Positions 24,169 to 36,668 are shown, counted from the first letter of the whole stretch. The stretch is 55,313 nt of DNA, filler included, from Catajapyx aquilonaris (GCA_000934665.2; 2 parts of 2 records of this genome joined end to end with filler, not necessarily neighbours in it), one strand, 5' to 3'. The notes: a model not told the origin generated them from the sequence alone. A program made the numbers and translations.

Positions 24169-24886
24169 AACAAAGGACATATTAGGACGAATCTTATGGG
24201 AAATGTTGAGTCAGTTGGATTCGGCTGAAACTTGGTCAGGTGATACATCTTAACCTCAGGGTCAATTGTTATGAAGGCAGAAGAAAATCTACCATGCCGT
24301 TTGGCCGCTAGAGGAGCTCAAAGTCGTAATTTCAGGTGTCTCCTATCAGGCTCATTTTCATGTATGTTGTAGAGTTTCATGAGCTGAGTCGAATGAGCCA
24401 TGTGGCGATTTTCTGTGACAAACCATTTGGCCTCTACACTCGCAATCGAGTTCAACGTTGGACCTTGTAGTGGGGTAACCACTTCATGGAACCGGTGTAC
24501 AGGGTCCCTGTGGAACTGGCCTGGAATCGCGTGGAATCACCCGGTGTACATTATTTTGGGGCGTGGTTACCCCCTAGCTTGTAGTGGGATCATTAGTGGG
24601 ATTATAAGTGCAACATAACAATAACTGCCAAATGGTTTGTCGCAGAAAATCGCCACGTTGCTCATTCGACTCAGCTCATGAAACTCGACAACTTTCATGA
24701 AAATGAGGCCGATAGGAGACAACTGAAATTACGACTTTGAGTGCTTCTAGCGGCCAAACGGCACAATATATTTTCTTCGGCCTTCAGAACAATTGACCCT
24801 GAGGTCAAGATGTATCAACTCACCAAGTTTCAGCCACATCCAACTGGCTCAATTTTTCCCATAAGATTTGTCCCATGTCCTTTGTT
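24169..24886. mobile_element. Foldback element with ~260-bp TIRs, superfamily unassigned
   Basis: AACAAAGGACAT...ATGTCCTTTGTT. Arms ~24169-24430 and ~24627-24886 are diverged reverse complements. Confidence 0.8.
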
Positions 24887-25163
24887 GTGTGTAAGAGCGA
24901 ATCATGCACTGGGGGACCAAACAACCACTGTAGACAAGTTTCAATGTCAAGAACACTGACTCAAAGGGCAAGTGAATAATGTAAAGGTCTGTTGCAAGGC
25001 CAGGTACTTGTGATTCGAATTGAATTTCATTGCTGAATTATGCCGAGTGGTGTCAATATTCCCGTGTTGTTTTCTTCAGCCCAGCCTTTGCAAATCATGT
25101 TTTGTTGTGATGCATAGCTATAGGGTGAACCATTTTATTCACAAGTCATATTTTCCTGTAGAT

Positions 25164-25416
25164 CAGTGCTTCCCAAACTGTGGGTCGCAAGGGAGGGTAA
25201 CAAAAATCTTTTTTACAAAATGATCTCTCTTGAAAATTATGCCCATAAGGTAAGTTACAGAACAATTCAGATACTTGACAATAGTTATCTATGATTTTCA
25301 TTTCACTGTTTACCTGTCTTTTAATGTTGGGGAATCAAAATGTACGCATCTGGAGGGATCACAAAATTTTCTAGATGATATCATGGAGTCGTCAACAAAA
25401 AGATTGGGAAGCACTG
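25164..25416. mobile_element. hAT-Charlie-type MITE
   Basis: CAGTGCTTCCCAA...TTGGGAAGCACTG with 8-bp flanks CTGTAGAT/CTGTAGTG (6 of 8 match). Confidence 0.8.
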
Positions 25417-26114
25417 CTGTAGTGTGACAGACAGCAGGAATTGGCTAGACGTTTCTTAAAATTAAGATAACTTGTTTTTGTATTATTGTAAAACATGTCA
25501 CATGCCCTGGTTTCACCAAATCTTCTGTGTCAATTTATGGGACCATTCTGAGAGTGGCAGTGCATACAAGTGTATTTGGCCAACCAGTGGGCTGCATGAC
25601 ACGTTATGTGGACATTACATATGTTATTTGTTAACCAATTCCTGATCTACAGCCCAATGTATGTTGTGTATGAATTGTAGTTTGAACCCATTGAGACAAA
25701 AATTGCAAGTGAATTTTTATACCTGAGTGCAGGATAAGAAATGACAAATATGGCTAAATGCAAAGCATTTGATGGCGTTATCACATTTTGCATGCCTGAA
25801 TCATGTCCATGGTACCTTCTTGTTGAACCTGAATGTTTTAAAAACACAAACCCTCTAATCATTGTTAAATTAAATAGTAATTTTGCAATTCGTTTTATAA
25901 TTGAATACTACTTCCAAAGTAGTATTAATAATGAATCTAAAATGCATGTAATGACTGCTCAGTGAAGATATATATGCATGTAAAATGGGGATATTTTAGA
26001 CCCAAATACATATAAACATAGTGTTTGACAATAAAATCATCTTTATTTATTTTTTAAATACAGTACAAACTCCATTATAGGAGCAGAGAAGGCGATAAGG
26101 GATCACAAGCAAGG

Positions 26115-27317
26115 TCAGTTCTCTGGATCGAACCAACGGACACGAACGCGCTGGCGATAATGGTACTCTTTAAGATAGGTTTTGAGCGCCTTAGGAAGCA
26201 GGAGCTGTGTGATGCCATCATAGGTGATACGGCTGCAAATGGATGCACGAGAGAGATGCTGCAGGGAGAAGGTGAAGTTACGATGCAATGGAACGGTCAG
26301 CATGGGTTCAAAGAACATGCAACAACTGGGATCCTTGTAATGTTCAATTAGTCCACAAACAGTGGGTGAGGCAAACACACCAGGATCGTGGGAGTCAAAG
26401 CTGAACCGGTGATTCCACTGCTCAATACGGGCATGCAGCGAGCGGCCATAACGCCTGAAGCTCACGCTGAACAGGTACTCTTCCTGGGCTGAGTCACGCA
26501 ACAAGAACGATCCTTCTGACCGCTTTTCAAGAAGGCGTTCTGCCTCATATCGGTCCATCTTCCCCCAGTAGAAGGAGCAGTTGGTAATGGCTAACAGATC
26601 TGGCACGAGGCAATGGATATAGTCCACTTGGGTGTGGACAGGGAATGCGTGTAAAGCTGGGGAGGCTGTCACCATCTGTGATGAGGATGCCAGGGCCTCT
26701 TCCAGCTGCGGCAACGTGGGCTGGACGTCCAGGCGAGACAGCATGTGGAGGTTGAGTTGTCGATGGAGGAAAGCTGTCAAGTTGCTTAATGATGCATCTG
26801 GTTGGATAAACCCAGGCAGTTCGACACCTTCGGCCATCTCCTTGGCACGCTGTTGGCGAGCTTGTTCATCCGTGTCCTCAACTGGATAGTCTTCTGCATT
26901 GAAGTTAGCCAGGTCTATGTGGGGGCGTGGGGGCTTCTCAGCTGGCATCTCAAATACTACACCAGCGCCAAGGTGGTGGTCCTCTGTGCGTCGGTATCCA
27001 GTGCATACGCAGCCTGAGGCAGCACTAGGATCAGCCACTTCACCTGCACTGTCCTGGAGGGTCCTTGGTCTGGTACCAATGCGGAGTGGCCAGGCTCCTC
27101 GCCGCTCACTGCCGCCATCGGCTAATGATGCACGGCGGCTATGGGGTGTTTGGCGTGGAGCTTCGTTGGAGGCATTGGTGGAAGAAGATCCAACAGCTGC
27201 GATGTCCCATTCTTCAGTTTTTTGTTCCTCAGTTGACCCAACTTCCTCCTCCTCCTCCTCTTCCTCCTCCATCTCATTTGCAGAAGCACCTCGAAGTTTT
27301 GACAGTCGAAGACCCAT
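26115..27317 (-). CDS. SOCS5: Suppressor of cytokine signaling, SOCS4/5 class (Drosophila Socs36E-like); SH2 domain plus SOCS box
   Basis: 400-aa [17 protein letters not shown] extended SH2 subdomain, [11 protein letters not shown]...[10 protein letters not shown]2, and [12 protein letters not shown]...[18 protein letters not shown] box. In-frame TGA upstream of the ATG. A splice acceptor TTTCCAG at 27400-27394 implies a non-coding upstream exon. Confidence 0.95.
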   Translation of the reverse strand: MGLRLSKLRGASANEMEEEEEEEEEVGSTEEQKTEEWDIAAVGSSSTNASNEAPRQTPHSRRASLADGGSERRGAWPLRIGTRPRTLQDSAGEVADPSAASGCVCTGYRRTEDHHLGAGVVFEMPAEKPPRPHIDLANFNAEDYPVEDTDEQARQQRAKEMAEGVELPGFIQPDASLSNLTAFLHRQLNLHMLSRLDVQPTLPQLEEALASSSQMVTASPALHAFPVHTQVDYIHCLVPDLLAITNCSFYWGKMDRYEAERLLEKRSEGSFLLRDSAQEEYLFSVSFRRYGRSLHARIEQWNHRFSFDSHDPGVFASPTVCGLIEHYKDPSCCMFFEPMLTVPLHRNFTFSLQHLSRASICSRITYDGITQLLLPKALKTYLKEYHYRQRVRVRWFDPEN

Positions 27318-27489
27318 GCTAATGCTAGCGGGAGGTCACCTGGCCCATTCTCTTTGCACTCACTTCTTTTAATGACTGTGGCTTGGAAGACACCTGGAAA
27401 TAAACAATTGACTTCACTCAGTGATGGACTTGTGCAAACTCCCATGAAGGATGGTCAAGTTGGCATACCACGAGCGAAGGGGGGATGAG

Positions 27490-27614
27490 TAGGAGGGGAT
27501 GTGCAATGTCTTAAACGCGGTACATTTTGTGAACTCCCCCGGGTGGTTAGTCTCAAGGAATCCCACCCGAGACGAAGCCAGAGACGACCCCAACTCTGCA
27601 TGAGATGAAGGGGG
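27490..27614 (-). mobile_element. SINE family A copy running into the gap
   Basis: Aligns with 15585-15720 (TAGGAGGGGATGTGC...CATTTTGTGAACTCCCCCGGGTG...CGAAGCCAGAGA). Confidence 0.75.
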
Positions 27615-27714
27615 NNNNNNNNNNNNNNNNNNNNNNNNNNNNNNNNNNNNNNNNNNNNTTAATTAATTAANNNNNNNNNNNNNNNNNNNNNNNNNNNNNN
27701 NNNNNNNNNNNNNN
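27615..27714. other. Artificial scaffold gap linker
   Basis: Exactly 44 N + TTAATTAATTAA (stops in all six frames) + 44 N = 100 bp. Confidence 0.9.
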
Positions 27715-28179
27715 GGGGGGGGGGCAGAAAAAAGATAAAGGGAACGATTGGAGGGAATTGTAAGGCAAAAAGGACTGATAAAAACATGATGGACACACTT
27801 TGATGTCTCGTCCCATTCTATTTCCAACCCTGATATAAAGGATGTCTGGCCCATAAGACTGGACACTGATGATTTACTGGCTGAGACTTCGTATGGGGAT
27901 ACTGTGAAGATGTCCAACATATAGGTTTTGGTTTGATAAGAACATAACCAAAGCAACAAATATGGCTAATCTGGCTATCCGAAGACACAAAGGTGTGAGC
28001 GATATGGTGAGAGAAACGAAAAGAAAACAAGAACGGGAAATAGCGTGATTCGAGTAGATTTTTTTCTCATTGGGGTGCGGGAAATGAGGCTGACAATACG
28101 ATGCGAATCTAATAGGATAACAATGACCTCGATTGTGATGCAAAGTAACCATATTTAAACAGTAACTCGATCTTGGCGG

Positions 28180-28371
28180 ATATAGTGGACGCGGAAAACC
28201 GGAAGTCGCGGATCACCGGAAGTTGGTGATGAAACCTATTTTGTTCACGGTGAATCCGAATCCGAAAACCGTTTGTCGCTATCTCTAGCGGTTTAGACCC
28301 TGATACATGTCCACAGACGGACGGACAGAGACGTGTTAGAAGACTTTTTTTCGACGAGAAAAAGTCTAAAA
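28180..28371 (-). mobile_element. HINE/DINE-1-like (Helentron-associated) element fragment
   Basis: On the minus strand, a TTTTAGACTTTTTC...GAAAAAAAGTCT subterminal inverted repeat followed by (GTCC)n. Homologous to 46400-46540. Confidence 0.55.
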
Positions 28372-28385
28372 GAAGAGAAGAAAGT

Positions 28386-28704
28386 ATGGCTGTGCGATAT
28401 GATACATCGACTAGCTGTCGATACGATATTTTCCTAATATCGAATTTTGCGATATGCGACGGTTGGCATGTGAAATGTATCGAATATCGCGATTTTTTGA
28501 TGTCGGTTTTTCGATTTTCGATACATCGACTGTCGATACGATATTTTCCTAATATCGAATTTGCGATATCCGACGCTTGGCATGTGAAATGTATCGAATA
28601 TCGCGATTTTTCGATGTCGGTTTTTCGATTTTCGATATATCGACTTCGATATTTTTTAAAGTATCGAAAGTCAATATGCAATTTCGGATATCGCACAGCC
28701 CTAT
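28386..28704. mobile_element. hAT-like MITE with an internal tandem duplication
   Basis: GGCTGTGCGATAT...ATATCGCACAGCC termini, CGATA/TATCG-rich interior with a ~120-bp duplication, and flanking direct repeat AGAAGAAAGT. Confidence 0.75.
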
Positions 28705-29429
28705 AGAAGAAAGTCTCTCTCTTTGTCAGTATCCTACCACAAAGACTTGTACCGCTTGGGAGATCTTCCCAGGTGAAGCTACCAACCACCTCCATAGCTA
28801 TTCCGTGTCATGGGAGAAACACCAGCCACGTCCAGGTGGAGATACCACCGAGGTGGCCAACATGTAGGACTTCATATGGGCATACTGCTTATTGTAACCG
28901 TTCCTTTGAGTGATTAATATTTATCAATAGCTGCTAATATTTGTGAGTAATCCTGCAGCTGCTGGACATCCTGTGTATGTGAGCCTTCAAACGTTAGATG
29001 CAACAAATCCTTCAGGGGCCATCAGGATTGGCTGTAGCATCTACCTCCAACGCTGATTCGATTTGAGCCTGAAACACCTGAAGACAATGGCCGGGTGTAA
29101 TCAGAGTCCAGGATTTTCCCATGGCAAAATCCGGAGGGCAGAGTATGGCACAAAACGGGGGAATAAAAGTGGTGGAGGGATGAGAAGGGAGGGTGGAGGA
29201 GGGGGGGGGAGAATGAGCGTCAGGTGGTCCGTTTCTCTTCCACTTTCGTCACGAAACGACCCCGATCGTGTGTTTCCAACCCAGTCATTGTTCTGGGCGT
29301 GCTGCGAAAACTCGCCACCCAGCACACGATTCCGAAGCAACCATTATACGGCCAAAGACTCATCTCGGGAGTTTGACCTAATGAACCCCACCTTCGCGAT
29401 CAAAAACGATTTTGAAATGGCAAATTCAG

Positions 29430-30335
29430 CTTAAAGTCACGGTCTGTAACGGAAGTTGCATAGTCACTGTCCGTAACGTCAACAGCAACACAAATTTTTT
29501 TATCACCGTACATCATGGATTTAATTATTTCCGTTGATGTCACGGTCCGTAACGGAAGGCCATTTGTCACTGTCCGTAACGCCAACCTCGATATGCATTT
29601 CTCATCATCACCGGATATTAAGTATTCGATGCCTTCTTGTCGCATCACGGCTGTTCGGGGGTTGACGTTACCACCCGTGACAAATGATCTGCGAATGCCT
29701 GTTTACGCCCTCACGATTTGAGCCTCGGTCGCACGACCTGATGCTTTGCGACCAACAAAAATGGGCGCTCCTAGGTCAGGTCGGAACGACTGGAAGCATG
29801 CGACCGCCAAACCTACCGAAAGTTTTGTTGGTCGCAAAGCGTATGGTCGTGCGACCGAGGCTCAAATCGTGAGGGCGTAAACAAGCCTTCAGAGTAGATC
29901 ATTTGTCACGGGCCGTAACGCCAACCCCAAACATTCTTTGTCGACATATTTCGTGATGGTATTAGTTTTTGACACCTTTATTGCCGACGACTGGAAGCAT
30001 GCGACCGCCGAACCTACTATGTTGGTCGCAAAGGGTCTGGTCGTGCGACCGAGGCTCAAATCGTGATTGCGTAAACAAGTATTCACAGTAGATCATATGT
30101 CACAGGCCGTAACGTCAACCCCAATCATTCTTCGTTGCCATATTTCGGATGGTATTAGTTTTTGACACATTTCCTATCACGCACCGTAACGAAAGTTGTC
30201 CATGTGACGGACCGTGACATTAACCGTAACACATTTATGTAAATTACTTGGCTCGGTGAACGATACCTTCGTCATCTTCGGGATTTGTCTTATGACAGTT
30301 CCCATCTCGGATCGTCACAGACCGTAACGGACCAG
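29430..30335. mobile_element. Element built on dispersed GTCACGG.CCGTAACG motifs, hosting a MITE
   Basis: The motif recurs about 9 times in both orientations. Ends not defined. Confidence 0.55.
29696..29887. mobile_element. PIF/Harbinger-like MITE
   Basis: About 43-bp TIR GCCTGTTTACGCCCTCACGATTTGAGCCTCGGTCGCACGACC and its reverse complement. Another copy at 33832-33999. Confidence 0.8.
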
Positions 30336-31474
30336 GATAGATCAATCAACCCCATTCACCTCCCATCATGACTCTAATATCCCCACTTGTAAACGGCCCA
30401 GTTTTCCGCACACACAAAAAACTCGAGGGAATTCACCCTCATCCCCGGATAATTATAGTTCGCATTTGCAAACACTCGCGATTTTTATTTTTTTTTTGCC
30501 CGTGCAACACTCCGGGTAATAAGTTTTCCCTTCCCGCCACTGCACAAAATGTAAACAAATGTTGATAAACCATTAGCCCCTGAGAGTGGATTTCCTCAGT
30601 GTTTGTCTTCAATTACGGGGAATGATTATTGTTATTTGGAAACAAGATTGGAACGAGCGGAACAAAAATTGTGGGATTTCGACTGTAGCGCCATCTCTCA
30701 ACCGGATATTTCCACATACATTCAGCGCTACTCTTATCCTGATTTGAGATTAGCAGCTGCATGTGACAGGTTGAATGCACGAAGATGCAGCCTAGTTAAG
30801 TCATCAGGTGAATAGGCCCTGCCGAGGCCCCCGGTTTTCCGGATAGTATATGGAAGGGGGAAAAAGGAAAAAGGGGTGAGCTTGCCCCATATTTAATCCC
30901 CGAATTAGCCGGGTGGCGTGTGTGGTCCCCGCCTGGTTTAATCGCGTCGGCATCTTGTGTAGACTCCCGGGTGCTGCTGGTGGTGGCAGGCAGGCAGGCA
31001 ACCCACGCGAACAGACCCACCCACGTCACTGCCAAAATCACGCACGCATCGGCCCTCCATTGTGGAGACCAGGGAAACAGAGCCAGGCCAGCCCCAGACA
31101 ATACCTTCCGGCCAGCCATTGTCAGCTCACTTCCTCCCTGCCACACCTCCCGGCTGCATGGCCTCCCCCCAAAAAAATGTTGCACTGGCCCACACTCAAC
31201 TGGGTCAAAGTCACCCCAGTCACACTAAGTAACAATTACGGGACAAAAGGTGACGCTGTCTACGTAAAAAAATGGCAACGGGTTGCCATGGCAAATTGGT
31301 AAAGCCACAATAGCGTTCGTTGGCCTGCGGCGCACATGACAGGCGTTGTTGACGTATATACCAGCCCCCGGCAATTGCATCTCCTTTTGCGTGCGCTTAA
31401 CGAGTCTCCGCATCCCTGGATGTGGCGCACTGTGCCAAATCGCATTCGAGCGGACGACTTCTGATATAGTTCTG

Positions 31475-31805
31475 AACAGTTCTGAACCTACCTAAACTGT
31501 CCATTCATATTCAGCCCCAGCCCGAAGATTCGCCATGTAAGAGTGCAAATCACATTCGGGCCGGCGCGTGCGCTAATCTGCGAATTGACAGTTCTGCCGT
31601 CAGATGTGCGAGAAAAGAAAGCAAGTGTTACCGAAAGCATCCAAGAGGTGGCGTTGGGGGAAGGGGGGAAAAGGAGAGGCATCCCAACTCCACCTGTTGG
31701 GCGCTTTTGGTACCACTGCTTTTTTTCTCGCCGCAAGGGGAAGTGGACATTGAGTTACGGTCTTCTCATATCTGACGGCAGAGTTTAGGTAAGTTCAGAA
31801 CGGTT
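31475..31805. mobile_element. MITE-like inverted repeat
   Basis: GTTCTGAACCTACCTAAAC ... GTTTAGGTAAGTTCAGAAC, with an inner CTGCCGTCAGAT/ATCTGACGGCAG pair. Confidence 0.6.
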
Positions 31806-33398
31806 GATGATCTTCAAAACGGTTTGACAGGTAAGCAAGGCCGTCCCTGTGTCGTGATTGGGCAGTTATCTAAGCACTCTGTAGCCGAATATTATCTTAA
31901 TTAGTCCTGGGTTCCGGTTCCGTGACATATCACACCCAAAACCTGTGGGTATAGGGCGGTGGTCAGCTCAGTACAAACGAGCTGTAGTCAGACTCTCAGC
32001 CACTCTGAAAAACCACCATATTGAACCCACCAAAATGAATTATTTTGAAGCAAAACACTCGCGTATGTCCTTGCCCCCAATTGAACCAAGGACTGTCCCA
32101 TCTAACGCCTGGTTTAATCCTCCTCCACCATGCGCAGATATGTGTTATGGAATTGCATTGTTAATTAGGTGCTCAAGTTGGCTCCGGTCCCCCCGGAACT
32201 GTCCGGACACCAGCCAACAATGCAAAACCGCACCTACAAGCGCCCCGATTTATCCGCCGGAAAATTGAATGCGCCCAAGATCAGCTATTGTCATAACCCT
32301 GGCTGGCTAGTAGATTGGCCGAATTCGCTCTTTTGCCGCCACGGCGCTAGGCGACACCAGTACACCATTTAAAAAGTAAAAATGACAACAGATGTTCATG
32401 TCAAATGGGCAAAGCCACAATAACGTTCGCTGGCGGATACACAACCCACATGCGACGTACCGTGCCTGGCAGGGACACAAGACGGACTGAACTGGTGCAG
32501 GCATCCAAAAGCCATACAGATGACACCATGCACTGTACAATCTACTCAAGTATCAACATGCTGTTCTATTAGATACAATTTCCATAAATAATTTTTGGTC
32601 CCCTTTACACACCCTATATACCGAAACTCAATTTACGTCACATTCAGCCCCCAAGCAAAATCTAAAATCTATTATCGCATATTTCAGACCCCGTTTTTTT
32701 TTAAAGTGCTGGCAGTACATAGCGATTCTCTCTTTTTTTTAGCATAATAATAGTACTTTGTTGCCCTCCACCTGCCCCCCCTTCCACACGTTCAATTTGC
32801 TAATTGAGTTAGCATAACGCGGTCCATTGCCCCCCATGGCCACTCAAAGCGACACAGGTTATAACCCCCGAGACCTGCCATGCGAGGCTTGAATGTGTTG
32901 CAAACAGTATCGCCCGTTTTATATCCACTGAAAGCCCCCCCTTTTTTCTCCCCCTCCCTCAAAAAAACGCCCCGCCACCCCCCCTGCCGAATCCAATATT
33001 TATGCCACGTTTGATGCAGTGTTCCCAATTTCAAAGTGAGCAATTTGCTGATGGGAGGAACAGGAAACACTTTGTTGCAACGCTGCTGCAGGTCTCTCTC
33101 TATTCCCGGAGAGACAGAGAGAACAAATCGTCAAATGCCGATAGATGTTTCCGACCGATTTGACTTCCAATAGACACCAATTAAACTGTCGGAAAAGAAA
33201 GGGGCATGAGAACTGGGGCAAGGTATAGTCCAGCCACAATATTGAGGCAGTCCGAGCTGTCCCAAGGTGAAACGGCCTATTTCTAAAAACCAGTAAGGGT
33301 GCAAGTCGCATGCATCTCCTGCACCCATTGTCACAGGTGCAGGGCTTGTATGCACCATTCGTCCTAACTTGTTTTGGAGATATTAATTCTCAGGTAGA

Positions 33399-33531
33399 CA
33401 CCAAGTAGAAACGTCATATCTCCTAAACCAGTAAGGGCGAAAGTCGGGTGCAAGCCTGGGCCAAGGGGAATGGGTGCATGGCATGACTTTCGCCTTTACT
33501 GGTTTTGAAGATATGACGTTTCTACTTGGTG
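33399..33531. mobile_element. Short MITE (AGAAACGTCATATC family)
   Basis: CACCAAGTAGAAACGTCATATC...GATATGACGTTTCTACTTGGTG. A degenerate upstream copy lies at ~33262-33385. Confidence 0.7.
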
Positions 33532-33794
33532 AGAAATCCTTCTGGAATCTTCCAGAGTCTCAGAGAAGACCGGACTTTTAAGGAGTGATTTTGTCTCTTG
33601 CGATCGATTGTGGATCCGGCCATTAAGCAGGGCTATCCCAGCCATCTACCAAGAGGAAGAGGAAAGAAGAAGAAGAAGGATGAGGGAGAAGGAAGGATAG
33701 ATGCTGCTTCAGCTGTTGCTGTCTCCGAACCAATCACTCCCAAACCCTGCACGTCTCCATCTCAGCCAAGGTGATCCGCACAGTTCGTGTTATT

Positions 33795-34075
33795 TGCCGT
33801 TCCAGGGAGAAACGACCTATCTCCAAAACCAGGGTTGTTTACGCTCTCACGATTTGAGCATCGGTCGCACGATCAGACGTATGCGACCGCTAAACCGACC
33901 AAAATAGAAACGGTCCAGCGGTTCCTACCGGACCTAGGGGATCCCATTTTTGTCCTGGTCATGCGACCGAAGCGCAAATCGTGATGGCGTAAACAGGCCT
34001 TAATGACAAAAAAAAAGTCGCGAGCACACGCCCTTGCTGATTTTTGGAGATAGGACGTTTCTCCTCGGGACGGCA
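33795..34075. mobile_element. MITE (related AGAAACG family) containing a nested Harbinger-like MITE at 33832-33999
   Basis: Outer TIR TGCCGT.CC.GGGAGAAACG.CCTATCTCCAAAA and its reverse complement. The inner TIR matches 29696-29887. Confidence 0.75.
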
Positions 34076-34733
34076 GATTTGTCAAATGCTTTTGATGTTA
34101 TCCAGCCAAACGCGGCACCTTTTCCGGTCCGCTGCCCCACCATGTAAACAAGCATTTATCCCATACTAATTTGGCCTCCCTGCTGCCGCACAGCGACCGA
34201 GGGTCCTTCAAAGCGACAATCGCTCAGGGTTCGCCCCCGGGTGTGAATAGACGCACACCGGAATAAGCACTTCCCGCTTCCTTCCTCCAACCATCAGAGT
34301 TTGGACAAGTCCAAGTATATACGCGGCTGTTTGAATGGACCCGAATTCCGTCCGGAGTTAAAACGGGGGGACACATTTATGAATATCCATGTACCGGAAT
34401 AAGCACTTCTTCGCTCATTTTGAGTGAGAGCATGATCGTCCAAGTATGAACCACGTTTGGAAGGAATATCTTCAATAGACTGATGTTATGCTGAGTTGAT
34501 GCCGTAAACACGAGCAGGTGTATATCACTCTCTAAGTGACTATTTAGTTGATAGTGATAAAATTCTGACAGCAGTTTAAATAAATATTTCAAGCAGGTTA
34601 CGATATGCGAGGAATACTGTATTATTCATTGGGGATTCCGTGTCTTCGCTTTACATCGCCATTTAAATAATAAATACAAACTGTAACGAAAATACACTCG
34701 TATAAATAAATACAAAATTTAAAAAGTGTTATA

Positions 34734-34930
34734 TAGGGTGGACCAACTTCAAGTGTCGTTTTATAACGGCGATTAATAGCAGTGATTTTGCGATGACGTA
34801 GCAGCGACGTGTAAAATGTCCCACTTCGGCGCCATCGAAATGGGCCATTTTACACGTCGCTGCTACGTCAATCGTAAAGCGCTTCTATTAATAGCCGTTA
34901 TAAAACGACACTTGAAGTTGGTCCACCCTG
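34734..34930. mobile_element. Tc1/mariner-type hairpin MITE
   Basis: TA-(T)AGGGTGGACCAACTTCAAGTGTCGTTTTATAACGGC...GCCGTTATAAAACGACACTTGAAGTTGGTCCACCCTG-TA. Almost the entire element is one stem. Confidence 0.85.
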
Positions 34931-35041
34931 TATAGTAACTAGTAAATAAAATAAATTGCGAATAACGGAAAATCAGTAGTGCGAATAATATTAATATAAT
35001 AACTTAATTGCAATTAGCATACGAATATAATTATCATTAAA

Positions 35042-35270
35042 TCTATATAAATAAAGCCGGTTTGTGATGTGTCTGTCCGCCTGGAACGCCAACCGTCATT
35101 TGCCTGCCATCTGTGGTCCGCATCCTACACCTCCAACTTTTCCCGTCATCCCGACCCGGCCTTCCTTTAATTAAGATTCTTAATTACATGTAAATTTTTT
35201 TGCCTGTCCTTTCCATCTTGCTTTCCATTCATTTCTTCCCGAGCAACGCCGCGCCGGGCATGACAGCTAG
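35042..35270 (+). mobile_element. Non-autonomous mini-Helitron
   Basis: A^TC start, CTAG^T end, subterminal hairpin CCCG-AGCAACGC..-CGGG, no TSD. Confidence 0.85.
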
Positions 35271-36668
35271 TATAATGTAATAAATAAATTCCGCGAATAA
35301 AAATAGTAATAAGGATTCTAAAAACAATAAAATTTGTTTATTTATATTGTTTATTTTCTCTAGACAGCTAGTGTTAAAAATTCTACAGTAGGCTACCTAC
35401 ACCATAACTTCTCAAAAAGGAGGCGATGATCCCTCCAGACACCCTAAGCAATCTGATTGATTGCACAAAGCGCCCCCCCTCCCTCTGCTCCACCAATCAG
35501 AATGGTGGGTACAGTGGCGTCCAAAGGAAATCCTATTTTTGAAACCCTACCATCAAGCCTACAATGCATTTAATAACAACAGAGCACGTAATATTTTGGA
35601 GATGCCTATTATTTTGAGACGTTAGGCTGTGGGTACTGTAGTGTGGTACAGGTGAAGCCTGGAGCAGTGCGAGAAATATGGACAAAAATTTCTGCAATAA
35701 TATTAACGAGGTGCGACCATATTTCGTGACAACTATTTTAAAAGGACAGGACCAAGGCCTCCCAAAGCCTGAGGACAGATTATCCACAATAAAGGAATGG
35801 GTCTGGTGGAAAGAAAAGGGCCTCTCTCACTCTCTCTCTTTTTTTTACCTTCCTTCCTAAGCAAGGGATTAAAAGGGGTGAAAGTGCGGCCATCAAGTAG
35901 CAGATTTTGAAAAGGCCTCCCCCCCACTCATTCCCCTCCCTCTCTCCCCGCCATCCCCTGGAGGTCCTTTTGGCGCGCGACTTATGAACTCCATTAGTTG
36001 GGCTAGGCTTTGTGCTGACATCTGTCAGCCATATATCCTGGTCCAACGCCATGTAATTCATTTATCGAGGCTCGCTGGCGGGAAGGATCACCAGAAAAAA
36101 ATGGGCCAAAAACGGGCCTGGATATTGTGCCGGGGTCAACTCTGAAAGCTTTTGGAAATTATCTCCAAATTTATCGGCTGTCCTACCCCCCTTTCCCTTT
36201 TTAAAAAATAGTACAACGTGGGTGTGGGGAGGGGGGTGCTAGTACTTAATCACCCGCGAACAATAGGCCTTATTTCCAACCGGCCCGGGGAAGATTACAT
36301 GCCGATTTTTGCACACACTAAAAAAAACACTGATGATTATGAGCCTGCCGGGAGTTTGTGTCTTGGCCAGAAAATGCTTTCAATCGCTTCTAAAACTATA
36401 GTTTTTTTTTCACTCCAACAACGCCGAGGGGTTGGGTTACGGCTCGACAAATTTATCGCGATTCGATTGAGTTCAGGACCCTGGTGTGGGTACGCGTCAT
36501 TAAAAGATAGCAGCGACTCCCAGGAACTACTTCTGAACTACGACACAGAGAACTGCTACTGGACAGCAACATAAAGAAGCCATATTTAGCAGCGACTTTA
36601 ACAGCTATAATAATTAATAATTAATAATAATTCATACCCCGTTATCAGCCGACTTTAACAGCTATTAG

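Noticed and set aside
26632..27372. Antisense ORFs over SOCS
   Set aside because: Shadow frames of a GC-rich real CDS.
28109..28795. 228-aa minus-strand ORF with internal repeats
   Set aside because: It spans a hAT-like MITE with a tandem duplication and a HINE fragment; the peptide repeats simply mirror the DNA repeat.
30815..31200. Hammerhead ribozyme or Penelope signature
   Set aside because: CTGATGA matches here and elsewhere lack a correctly placed GAAA and stems.
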